Assembly: GCA_028023455.1 (NCBI GenBank)
Contig: JAQFVV010000008.1
Span: 1 to 64,000, forward strand
Source of the DNA: Epiperipatus broadwayi
Lineage: Eukaryota > Animalia > Onychophora
Length of the DNA stretch: 64,000 nucleotides
Direction: 5' to 3'
The notes under the pieces were generated by a model that worked only from the letters and a program-made list of their open reading frames with translations, made no database searches and was not told the DNA's origin. The stretch's first letter is position 1, and each line of letters begins with the position of its first letter. Of this stretch, positions 1 through 11,984 are shown in pieces. The translations under genes and the position numbers were made by a program.

Positions 1-422
1 TTACAATTGTGTAGATAGTGAATTTATTTTTCATTTTTAGTTTTTAGCTGTGACTTCTGCCTTAACTTAATATACTTGAAAATAAAGGTAATTTGTTCAG
101 TGTTTAATTGTCCCATATGCTGGTTTTTTATTATTTTTGCACTAAAAATGCAGCATAAGCAAAGTCAAACAATAAAATATAATCATTGAAATGTATATAT
201 CAGAAGGCCATGTTGCTGATACTATTGTACAAATAACTAAATAATATCTTAATGACTCAGGTTTATTTGGGGTAGTCTCAAAATTTTTTGTAAACTTCAC
301 AATTTACAGATAAATTAAGTTTCAATTCTGAATTTAATTTTTATTTATTTATAACTAAGAAAAGGATTAGAAAGAACATGAAATTTAGAATAGGATTTCA
401 GATTATTGTTGAATTAATAAAA

Positions 423-2930
423 TTAACCCTTTGCACATTTTATTTTGATATTGATTAAACTTGGTTCAGTTTATAAGTGAAGATGATATTTTGTAAATTG
501 CTAACATGCTCTAGATTATATATATATATATATATATGTCTCATAGATTATATATATATATATATATATGTCTCATCCTGATAGTTTTTTATTTTACATT
601 ATATCTTCCATTAAGAAGTCTATTATTAAAACATAATGATATATGAAAGTCTAAAATACATTTGTGAAAACTATGAAAAATATTTTAGCATTTAAAAATA
701 TCATTTCAGGCTTATATTTGGAATTGTTTTAACTAAAGAATTTTTATTTTTAGCATTTGGTATACAATAAAACCATATTACATTATTTTTTCAAAGGAAT
801 GGAGAAAATAAATAAATTATAGATATAGGAAAATAATAACAAAAATACATTAAAAATTATAGATAAGAATACTTTAATGATTATTCACTGAAATGTATGT
901 AAAATACACATTTATACTACATAATTCAAAACTTTAAGCCATTTGTATTTGCAAAATGATTGGGTATTAACTATTATATATATATAGCATTAAATTTTTT
1001 AAATATAAAATTATAAGTAAATTTTTTTATTTGTAGTATTATAATAAAAAATCTTAAATTATATGTTTCAATAGTATGAATTAAAGTAATTCAATTAGCA
1101 TAATTAGTCAGCATTTATTAACATGTTATTTTAGATTAATTTTTACTTGAAAGAATAAAATTGATATTTAAACTAAAGAAGAGTTGATCTAGAGGTTAAT
1201 ATGTTTCAAATAAATGTAATAGATAAAGTTGTTTTATGCTGTATGAAATAATTAGTTAACTTTGTTAGGATTTTTAACTGTTGATTTTTAAAATAAATAT
1301 TTTTTAAAGTATTTAAAATTAGAATTTTAAAATAGTATATACAACTGACTGAGATTAATGCTAATTTTTAAATGATTTTAAATGTCTGTCAATAATTAAT
1401 TTATTTTCATTGCATTAAAAGTGATTATATTTAATATGCATGTATGTGTGAGAGTGTTTGGAGCATACATGCAAAATTTTGAAAGTTAAAAAAACCTATT
1501 ACAAGTAATAAGTGTATTTTAAAATTGGGTACATCTATTATAATATTAAAAGATTTTATTTAGGATAAAGTAAAAAGGAGTTAAATAAATTGATAAAGGC
1601 ATATTTAATAAAAAGAATGCTTAATTTGAAAATCGGTTAATAATTTTATTAAATAATTAATTTGATAATTATTTAGAATTGACAAAAATCATTAATTAAC
1701 AATTTCATTTATTGTCTAGACTGTCACATGACTAACTTGTCTGGATTTAACTTTTTGCCTGGTGAAGTGGCCATATTGAATATTTAAAAAAATATGTAAA
1801 GCCACAAATTTTATCATAACTTAAGTTTGTATTATTCAAAAATGACATAATATATATTGTTTTATATACAGAACACCAAAGAATGTAATTAAGCTGAAAA
1901 AAATAGTCATTGATATTCAAAGTAATAAAAAAAGAATAAAAGTTAATATTTCTAATAATTATTTTCATATTATTTCATAAATTCAAAATTAACATGCATA
2001 CAACTTAAAAATATATTTTTGTTAGTAGGTTAATTGGATTCATCATAAAATTTATAAAAAATTAGTATATTATAACACTTATCTAAGATAATCCATCACT
2101 TGAAAACTTTGTAGAATAAAGACATTAGTACCTTTCATTTTTCCTAGTAGCCCTTCAAAATGTATTTCCATACATGGGTTTGCAATGAATATGTCATCCC
2201 TAATAAAAAGTAGTTAATATTGATCAATAATTAGTATAATTTGAATATTATAATAAAGAACTTCAGTACAGTTTGTAATTTATTAAAAAGTACTACTAAA
2301 ATAGCCACTACATACAAAACAAAATAATAAAATAAAATGTGAATGAAATACTAAATTCATTATAGAGTTAAGCTTGAGTTACATAACTTAGTAGTTTAGA
2401 GTTAGTGTGATGTAGTATTATTTATCCTATCTTTATAGGTTTTGAGGGCTCATATTGCTTTGTGCTACTATGGCCATAAATTTAGTAATAGCTTCATCAA
2501 CTGCCACCTCTCTTTGCATTTGATATGCACTTTTAAAATTTACATTACAGCAGTCTATAATCGGCCTAAGTTTATATATATACTGTCAAAATCTTTACTT
2601 TTAACATTTGCATATTTTTATCATTATTAAAATGCAGACAAGAAATTATAGAAAAATCTAAATTGGGTCATAATATTTGCAAAATATGTTTATCTCATAT
2701 CACCTAATTCAAATACTGGACCCAAACCCACATCATATCAAAAAATGCAGATAATTCGTGAAATAAATTTATACAATCATGAATTATTTTTTATCAAATA
2801 TAAATTCAAATAATAATTAAAAAGTATATAAAAATAAAATAATAAGTAAAAATATATAAAAATAAAATAATAAGTAAAAAAAAATATATAAATAATTACT
2901 TACCATCAAGCCTTCATAATGTTGCCTTCT
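423..2930 (-). mobile_element. Degenerate piggyBac-family DNA transposon (transposase relic)
   Basis: Minus-strand hand translation of 2100-2750 gives FANIMTQFRF, LHFNND, YKLRPIIDCCNVNFKSAYQMQREVAVDEAITKF, then after a frameshift GHSSTKQYEPSKPIKIG*. These match piggyBac core motifs (M..NRF, LHF.DN, KLRP, SVDE..F.G, KQY.P.KP.K.G). A TTAACCCTTT terminus is at 423-432 and a possible Cys-rich C-terminal relic (HKC...SLCFNNR) is near 600-800. Outer limits are uncertain and the second terminus was not found. Confidence 0.6.
512..575. repeat. Perfect 32 bp tandem duplication containing a (TA)n run
   Basis: tagatt(at)n gtctca occurs twice back to back (512-543, 544-575). Confidence 0.9.
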
Positions 2931-4572
2931 AAATACATCAGTCAAAAATTGTATTTTTTCCAATATAATTTTAAGGTGAATATTTTTCCATTAACTAACA
3001 AAAAAAATGAGAGAAAGACAAAAAAAAATCAATTTACTTGATCACAAAACTTATAAAATTGTCAATTTTTATGATAGGAAAATAGAACTTACATTTTCTG
3101 AAATGTAAGAAAAAGATGAATCCGAAGATGTAAAATGCACATGTGTAGACCACGTAGTTTTTCCACAATTCTAAACAAATCAGATATTTCAAATTTGACA
3201 ATTCTATAGCACTGTGTTCGTGCATAATAACGAATTAGTTAAAGTGTAAAGTCGTGGTCAGATCAATTAAAAGTCAATAATGACAATTTAAATATAATGC
3301 AGACCTTAAATCATTGGTTTAATAAAGAAAAAATGCAAAATTGATCTTGGTGCATGGGTGAAGAGAAAAGAAAACACACAGTAGTATAAAAATGGACACA
3401 CTTAAAAAAATTATACTACTTTTTCATACTCCAATTTACTTAATTGCCACTTCAAATTTAAATTTTATTTTTGTTTTGAAGTGAATTTTTTGATTTTTAT
3501 TTGACTATTTTATGTCAATTTTAAAGTTTTATTTTTATCATCATCATTATAGAGTAAATAACCATTCAGTTATTCATGCAGTGTTTCTCCTAAAAGTATA
3601 GGTTCAACTGATTTGTCAAACACTAATTCTAAAAGATAATAAAAAAATTATAATATTTTCAATCAAAGAAGCCAAAGGAAAAGTCGCGTAAGGAAAAATA
3701 TATTATTTTGTTGTTATATAACATTAGTTAAACTCTGAACCTTACTGTAAGTCTATCTTTGGCATGTCTTAACTAACTTTTAATAAATTATTAATACTAA
3801 TTATTTGCTACTAAAATAATCAATCTACTTATGTCAAGCTTGAATATAGAATGATGAATTTCTATAAAATTATTAAGCTTATAAAAAGAGAAGCATTGAC
3901 AATTTAAAATTATCTTATAAAATTATCATAAAAGACAAATTTATGAAAACTAAAATTTTAATTATCATATTAAAAAGACAATATGCAAATTGTTTCATAT
4001 TAAAACAAATAATATAGCTATTCATCTCATGCTTACTTATTCATCTATTTATTTGAATATTTTGTTTTTAAATTATTGATTACTTCAAGTATATTATTAT
4101 TATATTTAAAAGAAATAAATGTAATTTAAGTTTATCACAGTCAACTTATGATAATAAAATTTCAAAAGAGCAATTTTAGGTAAAGAATTATTTTGTTTGT
4201 TGCTCCTCTGATTTTTATTGCTACGAAAAAAATTGTGTCTTGAAAGAAACTGTTTGCCAGTGAAATCATTTGCTGTCAACTTCTGTTATTTTACATTTAT
4301 GAAATTATTATGAACTTTTTTCCAAAATATTTCTGTGTATATGTGTATCTGCTCTACTTTAATAAAAGACAATGTGTCTATATATTGCTTCAAGAAGAAA
4401 ATAAAAGGACCAAAAAAGAGATAGTTTTTCTTATAAAATGGAAATGACCTGTTAATCTCTAAGAATGGTATTATAGTTAACATGTATCTTATTTTTATAT
4501 ATTTTAGAATTATTATAGCCATAACTTATCGGTATTATATTATTGTTAATATTAGCTATTATATTATAAATA

Positions 4573-5050
4573 TGTTATATATAGAGCTCGCAAATAAGTT
4601 CTTAACAAGCTTTGCAGAATATCCCCAACCCCAAACTGGTTTCTGCTACTGGCATCCTCAGTGAGGTGCTAGGATATGCAAACATTAGATTAAAAATATC
4701 AGGACAAGACCAGCACTTTGTCTAATGGATAACTATTAAATAGAAAATCTGAAATTTTCAGATATTCATGTCTTCCAATCCAGCTATCTAACTTAAATAG
4801 CTATATGGGACTGAACTATATTCACATACACCATATATTAATAGCTTTAGCAATATAAAATTGCCAAAGCCTTACTAGCAAAAAATAACATTACAAAAAA
4901 ATCAAGTCAGATGTCACATGACCTAATTTAACAAGCTTGTATCATAAATGTTATATATAGAGCTTGCAAATAAGCTCTATATATAATATTTGTAATACAA
5001 GCTTGTTAAATTAGGTTATGTGACATCTGACTTGTTTTTTTTTTTGTAAT
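4573..5050 (+). repeat. ~376 bp dispersed/tandem repeat monomer plus fold-back (locus 1)
   Basis: atatatagagct.gcaaataag starts at 4577 and again at 4953 (period 376). After the second start the sequence continues as the reverse complement of the monomer end, giving a hairpin with arms of ~70 bp. The same family is at 48205-49655. Confidence 0.9.
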
Positions 5051-5307
5051 TATAAATATGTTTGTATGAACTGTGTTCCAGAGGTGGAATTGGTAATATG
5101 TATAGAAGGTTTTATTTTATGTGTTGTTTTTATTATTCCACAGTTTTTTCTGAATGAGTATTTAAAATTATAAATAATTGTATTCAGAAGTATAACAGCC
5201 ATTTTTGTATATTATGAAAAATATTTCATGAATGAAAGTATTATAGGTATCAGTATGGATATGAGAATTTTCAATAGTTTATATACATAAAGTGTTGTCA
5301 CCATTAT

Positions 5308-6709
5308 GCAATAATAGATTTTGTCAGTATACTGTAAACGGTCGGGTTTAAACCCTGTTTACAATGTAGAAAAGCGCACACATGTGTTATATATTTTTTA
5401 ATTAGTTTCATATAGTTTGGTTTTATTCCGTTTTAGTATTTTATTTTGTTAGTGGAAGAAAATGTTTAAAATCTTATTAAAGTGAGAAAAGAGGGAGTGG
5501 GGGGAATTTGGTTTGTTTTTAGTGAAAGTGATAATGTATGTTGGGGTGGATGGACAATTTCAAAAGAAGAAAAAAATAATAATAATAATGAGAAACGAAG
5601 TATGAATAAATTTGGTATCAAGATGAGATTATTGTAAGAGGACAGAAAGAAAAAAATATGTATTGGAGACTTATCTGAGGAATTTAAAAAGAAGAAAAAA
5701 AGAAAGAAAAAAAGGAAGGGTTGAAAAGGTCAGGAATGTTGTTTGCCAGAATATCCGAAGGTGCGAAAAGTTTCTTTGTTGTTAGCCTGACTGCATCTAT
5801 ACACGTGGTGAGGAAAAGGGGCGGACTGTTTTTGGAGGACAAAGAGAGGAGTGAAAAAAAAAAAAGAAAAAAAAGTGACAGGGAGAGTAGAGAAGTAGTT
5901 TGGTTTTTTTTTGTTGTGTCCTTTTGGAAGGGAATCGCCATTTTTTTTTAAAAAAAAGAATAGCTAAGGCTAGGGAATATGCGTACAGTGGGGTAAAAGC
6001 TAAGGTGTGGGTTTTCTGTGCCTTCAAGAGAATGGAGTAAACGGAGAACATCTACGGAGACCTATTAATTTTAAAAAGAATGGATAAATGGATTATAGGT
6101 GATAAACCGTCGTGTCTATTTCAAATTTCATATGTTTTCGTCTTATTTTAATATCCCCGGGGATCACATCGGACAAAATTGAGGTAATGTGAACTTAAAA
6201 TATTTATTTTCTAACTATTACCACGTTTCTCCGAAGTTTAGGAGAATGAACAAAGGAAAAAGATATTTTTTTTAAGAGAAGGGTCAAATCAGCTGATTAG
6301 ATTTTGTCTGTACATATTTCTTATTCAGTTGAAAATACACAGTATATATGTATGTTTTTAGTTTATGTAAAATGTGGGGGGATACAGAAATATTTTCCAA
6401 AAAGGAAAAGAAGGGAAAATTATAATAAAAGGTGTTATTTTAAAGTTGTATTACATGTATGTCTTTTTTATTTAATCATGAAAGATATCAGATTTAGAAT
6501 TGGTTGGTTTTTGTTAAGAGATGATGGAGTCCTGTACATTTTTTAGGTTATGACGGAGTATGGTAGAGGTGGTATCAATTGTATTTGATTTAGATAATAT
6601 TATGTAAAAGTAAGTTTGGGTGGGTAAAATAAAAAAATGTTAAATATTGTGGAAAGATATTTTATATTTGTTAGATAGGGAGAAGCAATAATAGATTTTG
6701 TCAGTATAC
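5308..6709 (-). mobile_element. 1352 bp insertion (5333-6684) flanked by perfect 25 bp direct repeats; probably a 5'-truncated or non-autonomous L1/Tx1-like retroelement
   Basis: gcaataatagattttgtcagtatac at 5308-5332 and 6685-6709. The interior is strongly strand-asymmetric (purine-rich on +). The minus strand has a weak CCHC-like relic (PFS-LEGTENPHLSFYPTVRIF). No poly(A) tail. The direct repeat is certain; the family call is weak. Confidence 0.55.
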
Positions 6710-7511
6710 ATATAATCTTAAACTGAGTGAATGAATTATGTGCCTTTTGTATGTGCATGCAAGATGAACAAATTATTCATATGTTTAATATTATTATTAG
6801 CTTTATGTGTTTATTATTAGTAGTATTTTGAGGCAATTTTAAGTGGAATGTTATATTTTATGTGTATTTAGCCCTCCATGAGAGAGATTATGGCTCATCC
6901 ATTCATTGGTACAATCCATTGGTACAGCCTGCACATAATACTGTGTGCTCGATCAGATGCTATTTCATATTTGCCTTGTCCACTATGCCTAGAATTTCAA
7001 TATTAGGATATATTTTGGTATATATTCACAGGCATGTTAAGCTTTATAATTTATTATTATTAACTTCACAATAACTTTTTTAACTTCAAAGTATATTATC
7101 AGTGTTAAGCATCATTATTTCCTCACCCCAACGTAGGTATTGTTAATATAAGTGTTTTTATTGCATAATATTTGTTGCTATTGTATTAATATTCATTAAG
7201 TATCTTCATGCTGATTTTGTTTTAATTTTTTTTTTTTTGATTAAGTAAAGTATATAATATCTCCTAGTAGCTTGGATAATGGCATAGATGTATATTGTTT
7301 TATGTTATGAGTACTGGGTTTGGAAATAAAGATTGTATTTGGTGAATAAGAGAACTATTGGATAGTAAATATAACTTACATGATAAAATTGTAGAAATGC
7401 TTTTAAAAAAGGTACACCAATATATTAGTTAATAATATCTATAAATTACAGATAGTAAATTAAAAGAAATAATTATTGTAAATAAATATTTTTATTATGT
7501 GGATTATTATA

Positions 7512-8422
7512 TGTTGTAAATAAATATTTTATTATTAAATAAATACGCTTTTGTTTTATTGCCATTATAATATCACTGCATAAGCATATCTACTATCAGA
7601 AAATCTACTTTAATAAGATTTTCAGTAATAGTTATTTTTAAGAGTACATTTCTGAAGTATCCATATGCACGTCTATATACATTAGGACACAATGTTATTA
7701 AATAATCAGAATAGCGAACAGTCTGCAACAACTCTCTCTCTACTTTACGTAATCGCAATTCCCATGCCGTTCTTTTCCAACGAGTGCTCTCCAACGAATG
7801 GTCTATTTTGCAACGAATGCCTTGCTCTGCAATGAATGCTTCTACTCTGCAACTAATGCTCTGCTCTGCAACAAATGCTTCTACTCTGCAACTAATGCCC
7901 TACTCTGCAACTAATGCTCTTCTCTGCAACTAATGCTCTTCTCGGCAACTAATGCTCTTCTCTGCAACTAATGCTCTTCTCTGCTGTGGTCTCTTTCAGC
8001 TACACCCGTGAACTACATTTCCACTGGGCGCTGGTCATTAACCGCAAGCACTAACGTGAGATATCTCTGCTGGTGTTAAACCGACGTCTACTCCAATACT
8101 GCTACTCAACTACTGCATGACTGCTCTCTACTGGAGTTGTCCTCTAATTGCTGCCCTGCGTAGATGTTACCCAGTCTTCTATTGCTTGCTGACAACTGTA
8201 GCAATTAATACACCGTCCAATAAGGTATCGTCTCTTATCCAGAAATATTTGCAATCAGCAAATATCTCTTGGAATAGTCGATCGCCATTATGTCAATGCC
8301 TTAATTAAATTCCACAGCTGTCAGCGCGTGATCTAAAACAACCTCTTGAATACATTCTAGTTTTTTCTGGAGTGCACAAACATGTCCGCCATTTTTACAA
8401 ACACTACAATTTCAATGTCACA
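7512..8422 (-). mobile_element. Probable solo LTR (911 bp)
   Basis: On the minus strand it begins TGTGACA and ends TTTACAACA (TG...CA). It is GC- and CpG-richer than its flanks, has an internal minisatellite, and has AATAAA motifs near the 3' end. No matching 4-6 bp TSD (ttata vs taatg). Confidence 0.45.
7778..7984. repeat. 19-20 bp minisatellite, ~10-11 units (consensus caactaatgctcttctctg)
   Basis: Units read directly. Right-hand units are near identical; left-hand units are diverged. Confidence 0.95.
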
Positions 8423-8894
8423 TAATGTTTATACATTCATTTTGCTTAATAATTATTTAATTATTTTACCTGCATTTTTAGAAGATAAATGTTATGTTAT
8501 TTACTTCATTTCAAAATGCATTTGTTATGTAGTTGGCAGTATAAAAAATTGTCCTTACTGCTTTCTACATTATTTTGATATTTTCATTCAAATTTGCATC
8601 AGAAAATATAAGATTTCTATATTTTAAGGTTAGTAGAAGTGAATTTCTAACTATTTAATAATTGTAAAGTGTTTAGAAATGTTTTCAAGTTGTCATTTAT
8701 AGTAATTAAGTATTTGACTACTCTGTTATTATGTCATTTCATTTATACTTTCTTAAACTATTAAGATTACAAAATAAATTAAAAGAAATGTCAAATGTCC
8801 CATGTTTAGATTAAATAATAATGATTATATTTTGTTAAGAAGTTAAAGTATTACCATTTAACATTTTGTCCAAATGCAATGTATTCTGAATTTA

Positions 8895-9135
8895 AAACCT
8901 GAGATCAAAATATCCTAAATTTGTAAAAAAAAAAAAAAAAACTATATTTGAGAGAAATATTTTTTAAAAACCTGAGATCAAGATATCCTAAATTTGTAAA
9001 AGAACCTGTATTTGAGATTAAGCTACTTTAAAACATAAGATGTGATATTTTAAACTTGCAAAATCTTAGAACATAGGATAAGATATTTACGATTGAAAAG
9101 AATCTATATTTGAGATCAAGATATCTTAAGAAATA
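8895..9135. repeat. Degenerate tandem repeat (~73 bp period)
   Basis: cctgagatcaa(a/g)atatcctaaatttgtaaaa recurs ~73 bp apart, with further decayed gagatcaagatatcttaa copies. Confidence 0.7.
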
Positions 9136-10179
9136 AGATTAAAAAAAAGAGTTATAAATGAACCTTATATTTTAATAATTATATTTAGCCATCGTATCAA
9201 GAGGACTCATACTCTGGGATTTGATTTTAAAATCGATATCATGTGGTGCCTGTGTGTGTAATCTCAGATTGCTAGTCTGTGACCTCTCTTTGTTAAGTTA
9301 TAATATATATATTGAAACAAGAACGCTGTTTCACATGTGAATTTATTCTAAGAGCTAGTTAGTTACCCTTCCACCTTAAAAAACAGCAGATGTATAAAAA
9401 AGTTTAGTTTATGACATTACAAGAAAATCATTATTTTCTATAATTGAGAAAAAATAAAAATAAAGATAAATCATTATTGATTTTATAGTTTTGGATTACG
9501 ATATAATTTAAATATATCACTCATATTTATTTAAAGCTGGCATGTATTAAAGTGATTACTTTTTTAATTTTTGGATGTTTTCAAATAAAGCGTAATAATC
9601 ACTTGAGGCAAAGTTAATAAATTGAAAAACATAGCTTAATCTTCATGCTTTCTTATCTATCCCGCTAAAAAAGCAGATTATCCAATCATTATGAAGAGAA
9701 AGGCAATCGGATTTAAATGAGAGCTGTGTGATGATTAGGATACATGGGCTGAACTGTTTAATCAGTCCAAGAATCATATATATATATATATATATAGTCA
9801 AGTTGCAAGTTCAGAGCAGAGTTTTAAAAAAGTTTTTCCAGAAAGATTTTAAGGAGATCAAATAGTTATTTTTTTTCCAAAGAGACATTTTTCAAGTAGC
9901 TGTTAGAGAAGAATTTTGAAAAAAAAAGATTTCAATTTTAAAAGGATATTAATGAATCTCTGTTAATGATGGAAAAAGAAAACTTTACTAAGGAAAACTT
10001 GACGATGAAAGCCTAAACAGTCAAAGCTTTTCTCTTCATTCTAAGCCATGATTTTTCAAGATTTGCCTAGATAGACATCATAGAAAGGAGATAATGCATT
10101 CAGCTGAAATGTGATGCCCCTTTTTGAAGCGACAAACTGGATAAATGAAGGTAATGATTTTATAAAAATATTCGATATA

Positions 10180-10300
10180 TGTTTTTTAAAAGACAAGACA
10201 AAATGTATTTCTTAAACTAAAATTATATGTTTTTAAAAATAAACAAAACGTCTTTCTTAAACTAAAATTATATGTGTTTTTAAAAGACAAACAAAACGTC
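10180..10300. repeat. ~46 bp tandem repeat, ~3 units
   Basis: atgttttt(t)aaaa.a.aaacaaaacgtctttcttaaactaaaattat repeated. Confidence 0.8.
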
Positions 10301-10575
10301 TTTATTATAAATTAAAAAAAATAATTATTAATAAATATAGCTACATGAAAATACATTTATTATCGATAAATTATAAATGAAAATAAAATCATGAATAAAT
10401 GTAGCTGCATGAAAATATGTTTGTTACTGGAAAATTATGAATGAAACTAAAATTATGAAAATCGTTTATTCATGATAAAGTATAAATGAAAATGCTGATC
10501 AACTTATATCTGGAAACATGTGTTTGTTCCAGACCAAACAGCAATATTTATGTTAGATATTGGAGAAAACAAATG

Positions 10576-10859
10576 AAATTACAAATGCTTAATACTTATC
10601 TGAATATTGATTTTGTGGGAGTAATTTAAACCACATTACTGGATTTGATAAATTTAATGAAATACTATATGGACTCTAAATGCTTACCTGCATATTGATA
10701 TAAAATTACAAATGCTTAATACTTATCTGAATATTGATTTTGTGGGAGTAATTTAAACCACATTACTGGATTTGATAAATTTAATGAAATACTATATGGA
10801 CTCTAAATGCTTACCTGCATATTGATATAAAATTACAAATGCTTAATACTTACCTGAAT
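10576..10859. repeat. 127 bp tandem duplication, 2.2 copies, essentially identical
   Basis: aaattacaaatgcttaatactta starts at 10576, 10703 and 10830. Confidence 0.95.
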
Positions 10860-11984
10860 CTCGATTGTATACAAAGAAAATAATGAAACTTATGAACACC
10901 AATGTACATTGATACTTGACTGAATTATAGAAACCTTACAGATCTGGAATAGCTCAGCTTACCTATTTACCTACCTAAAAAGGATGTACACATATGGAAT
11001 AAAGAATGGAAAAATATTCATGCAGTAATGGTAGACGTCTACTGGATAAAAGACCCTTTGAATTCTTTACCTAAGATAAATCAAAATGAGTCATCACATG
11101 GATAGGAATGAACTTTATTAGAACTTGCAAATTAATTGTTATTAAATAAAATTATTGTTACTAAAAATTAAATTTAGTTATCCAGTTGTTCAGTTTTTTT
11201 TTTTTTTTGTTATTGCATCACTCATCGTTCAGTGCACTTGTTCATGAGAATCTCATGCATCCTGAACTACGTCTGGCATAACTAGACCTAGGTAAGTCAG
11301 GTTGTAGTGAAATGGAACTCTAGTAGAGCCGTTTGGAAAACCAAACATATAAATGTCTAGATGCTTCCAGCCTCTATGGTGCTATATCCTCTGATGAGCA
11401 GGAAATATTGTTGTAGGGGGGGAGGGTTAACATCTGCATTGGGGAATGCCAATTGATAGTTCCTTCCTGCAACATGCTCATCAGGAAATTGTTACAACTG
11501 AAGTAATAAAAGGGTTGTACGGGTCCGGTTACAATATATTTACGATACCTCTCTGTTCGTTAGGTTATAATATATATATATATATATTTATGATCTCATG
11601 ATGTAAAGGTAGCAAATCTAACTGAATAAATTTGTGATTTTTTCACTTAGAATTTTTATTTTTAATAACTTGTATAGCCCAGATAATCAACTATCCAAAA
11701 TTCTTTGGTAAATTAGCTAAATAAAATAACGATGGAAAACACTCAAACAATCACTCTCTGGAAATTAATAAATTTAGTGAGTATAACTTTTTCTTTTACT
11801 ATGAATAATTGTTGAGAAGCTATTTTGCTTTAACAATGTTAAGTTTTTTCAGGACTGCTAATTTTGAAAAAATAAAGTATTCATCATCATATCAATTTGT
11901 AATTCTTGAAAGGATGAAATATTGTCATATGCATTGGGAAATAGTGTATGGATGTTAATTCTTCAGAATTGTTTCCCCACTATA

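Noticed and set aside
48-87. Plus-strand 40 nt exon candidate (CDFCLNLIYLKIK, AAG|GTAATT)
   Set aside because: Isolated, no partner exons, peptide unrecognised; expected by chance in AT-rich DNA.
7778-7984. CRISPR-like array
   Set aside because: Units are contiguous with no unique spacers and the context is eukaryotic; it is a minisatellite.
11385-11420. Hammerhead ribozyme core (CTGATGA...GAAA)
   Set aside because: Only GCAG lies between the core boxes, with no G-C closed stem II, and CTGATGAGCA is used in a long hairpin instead.
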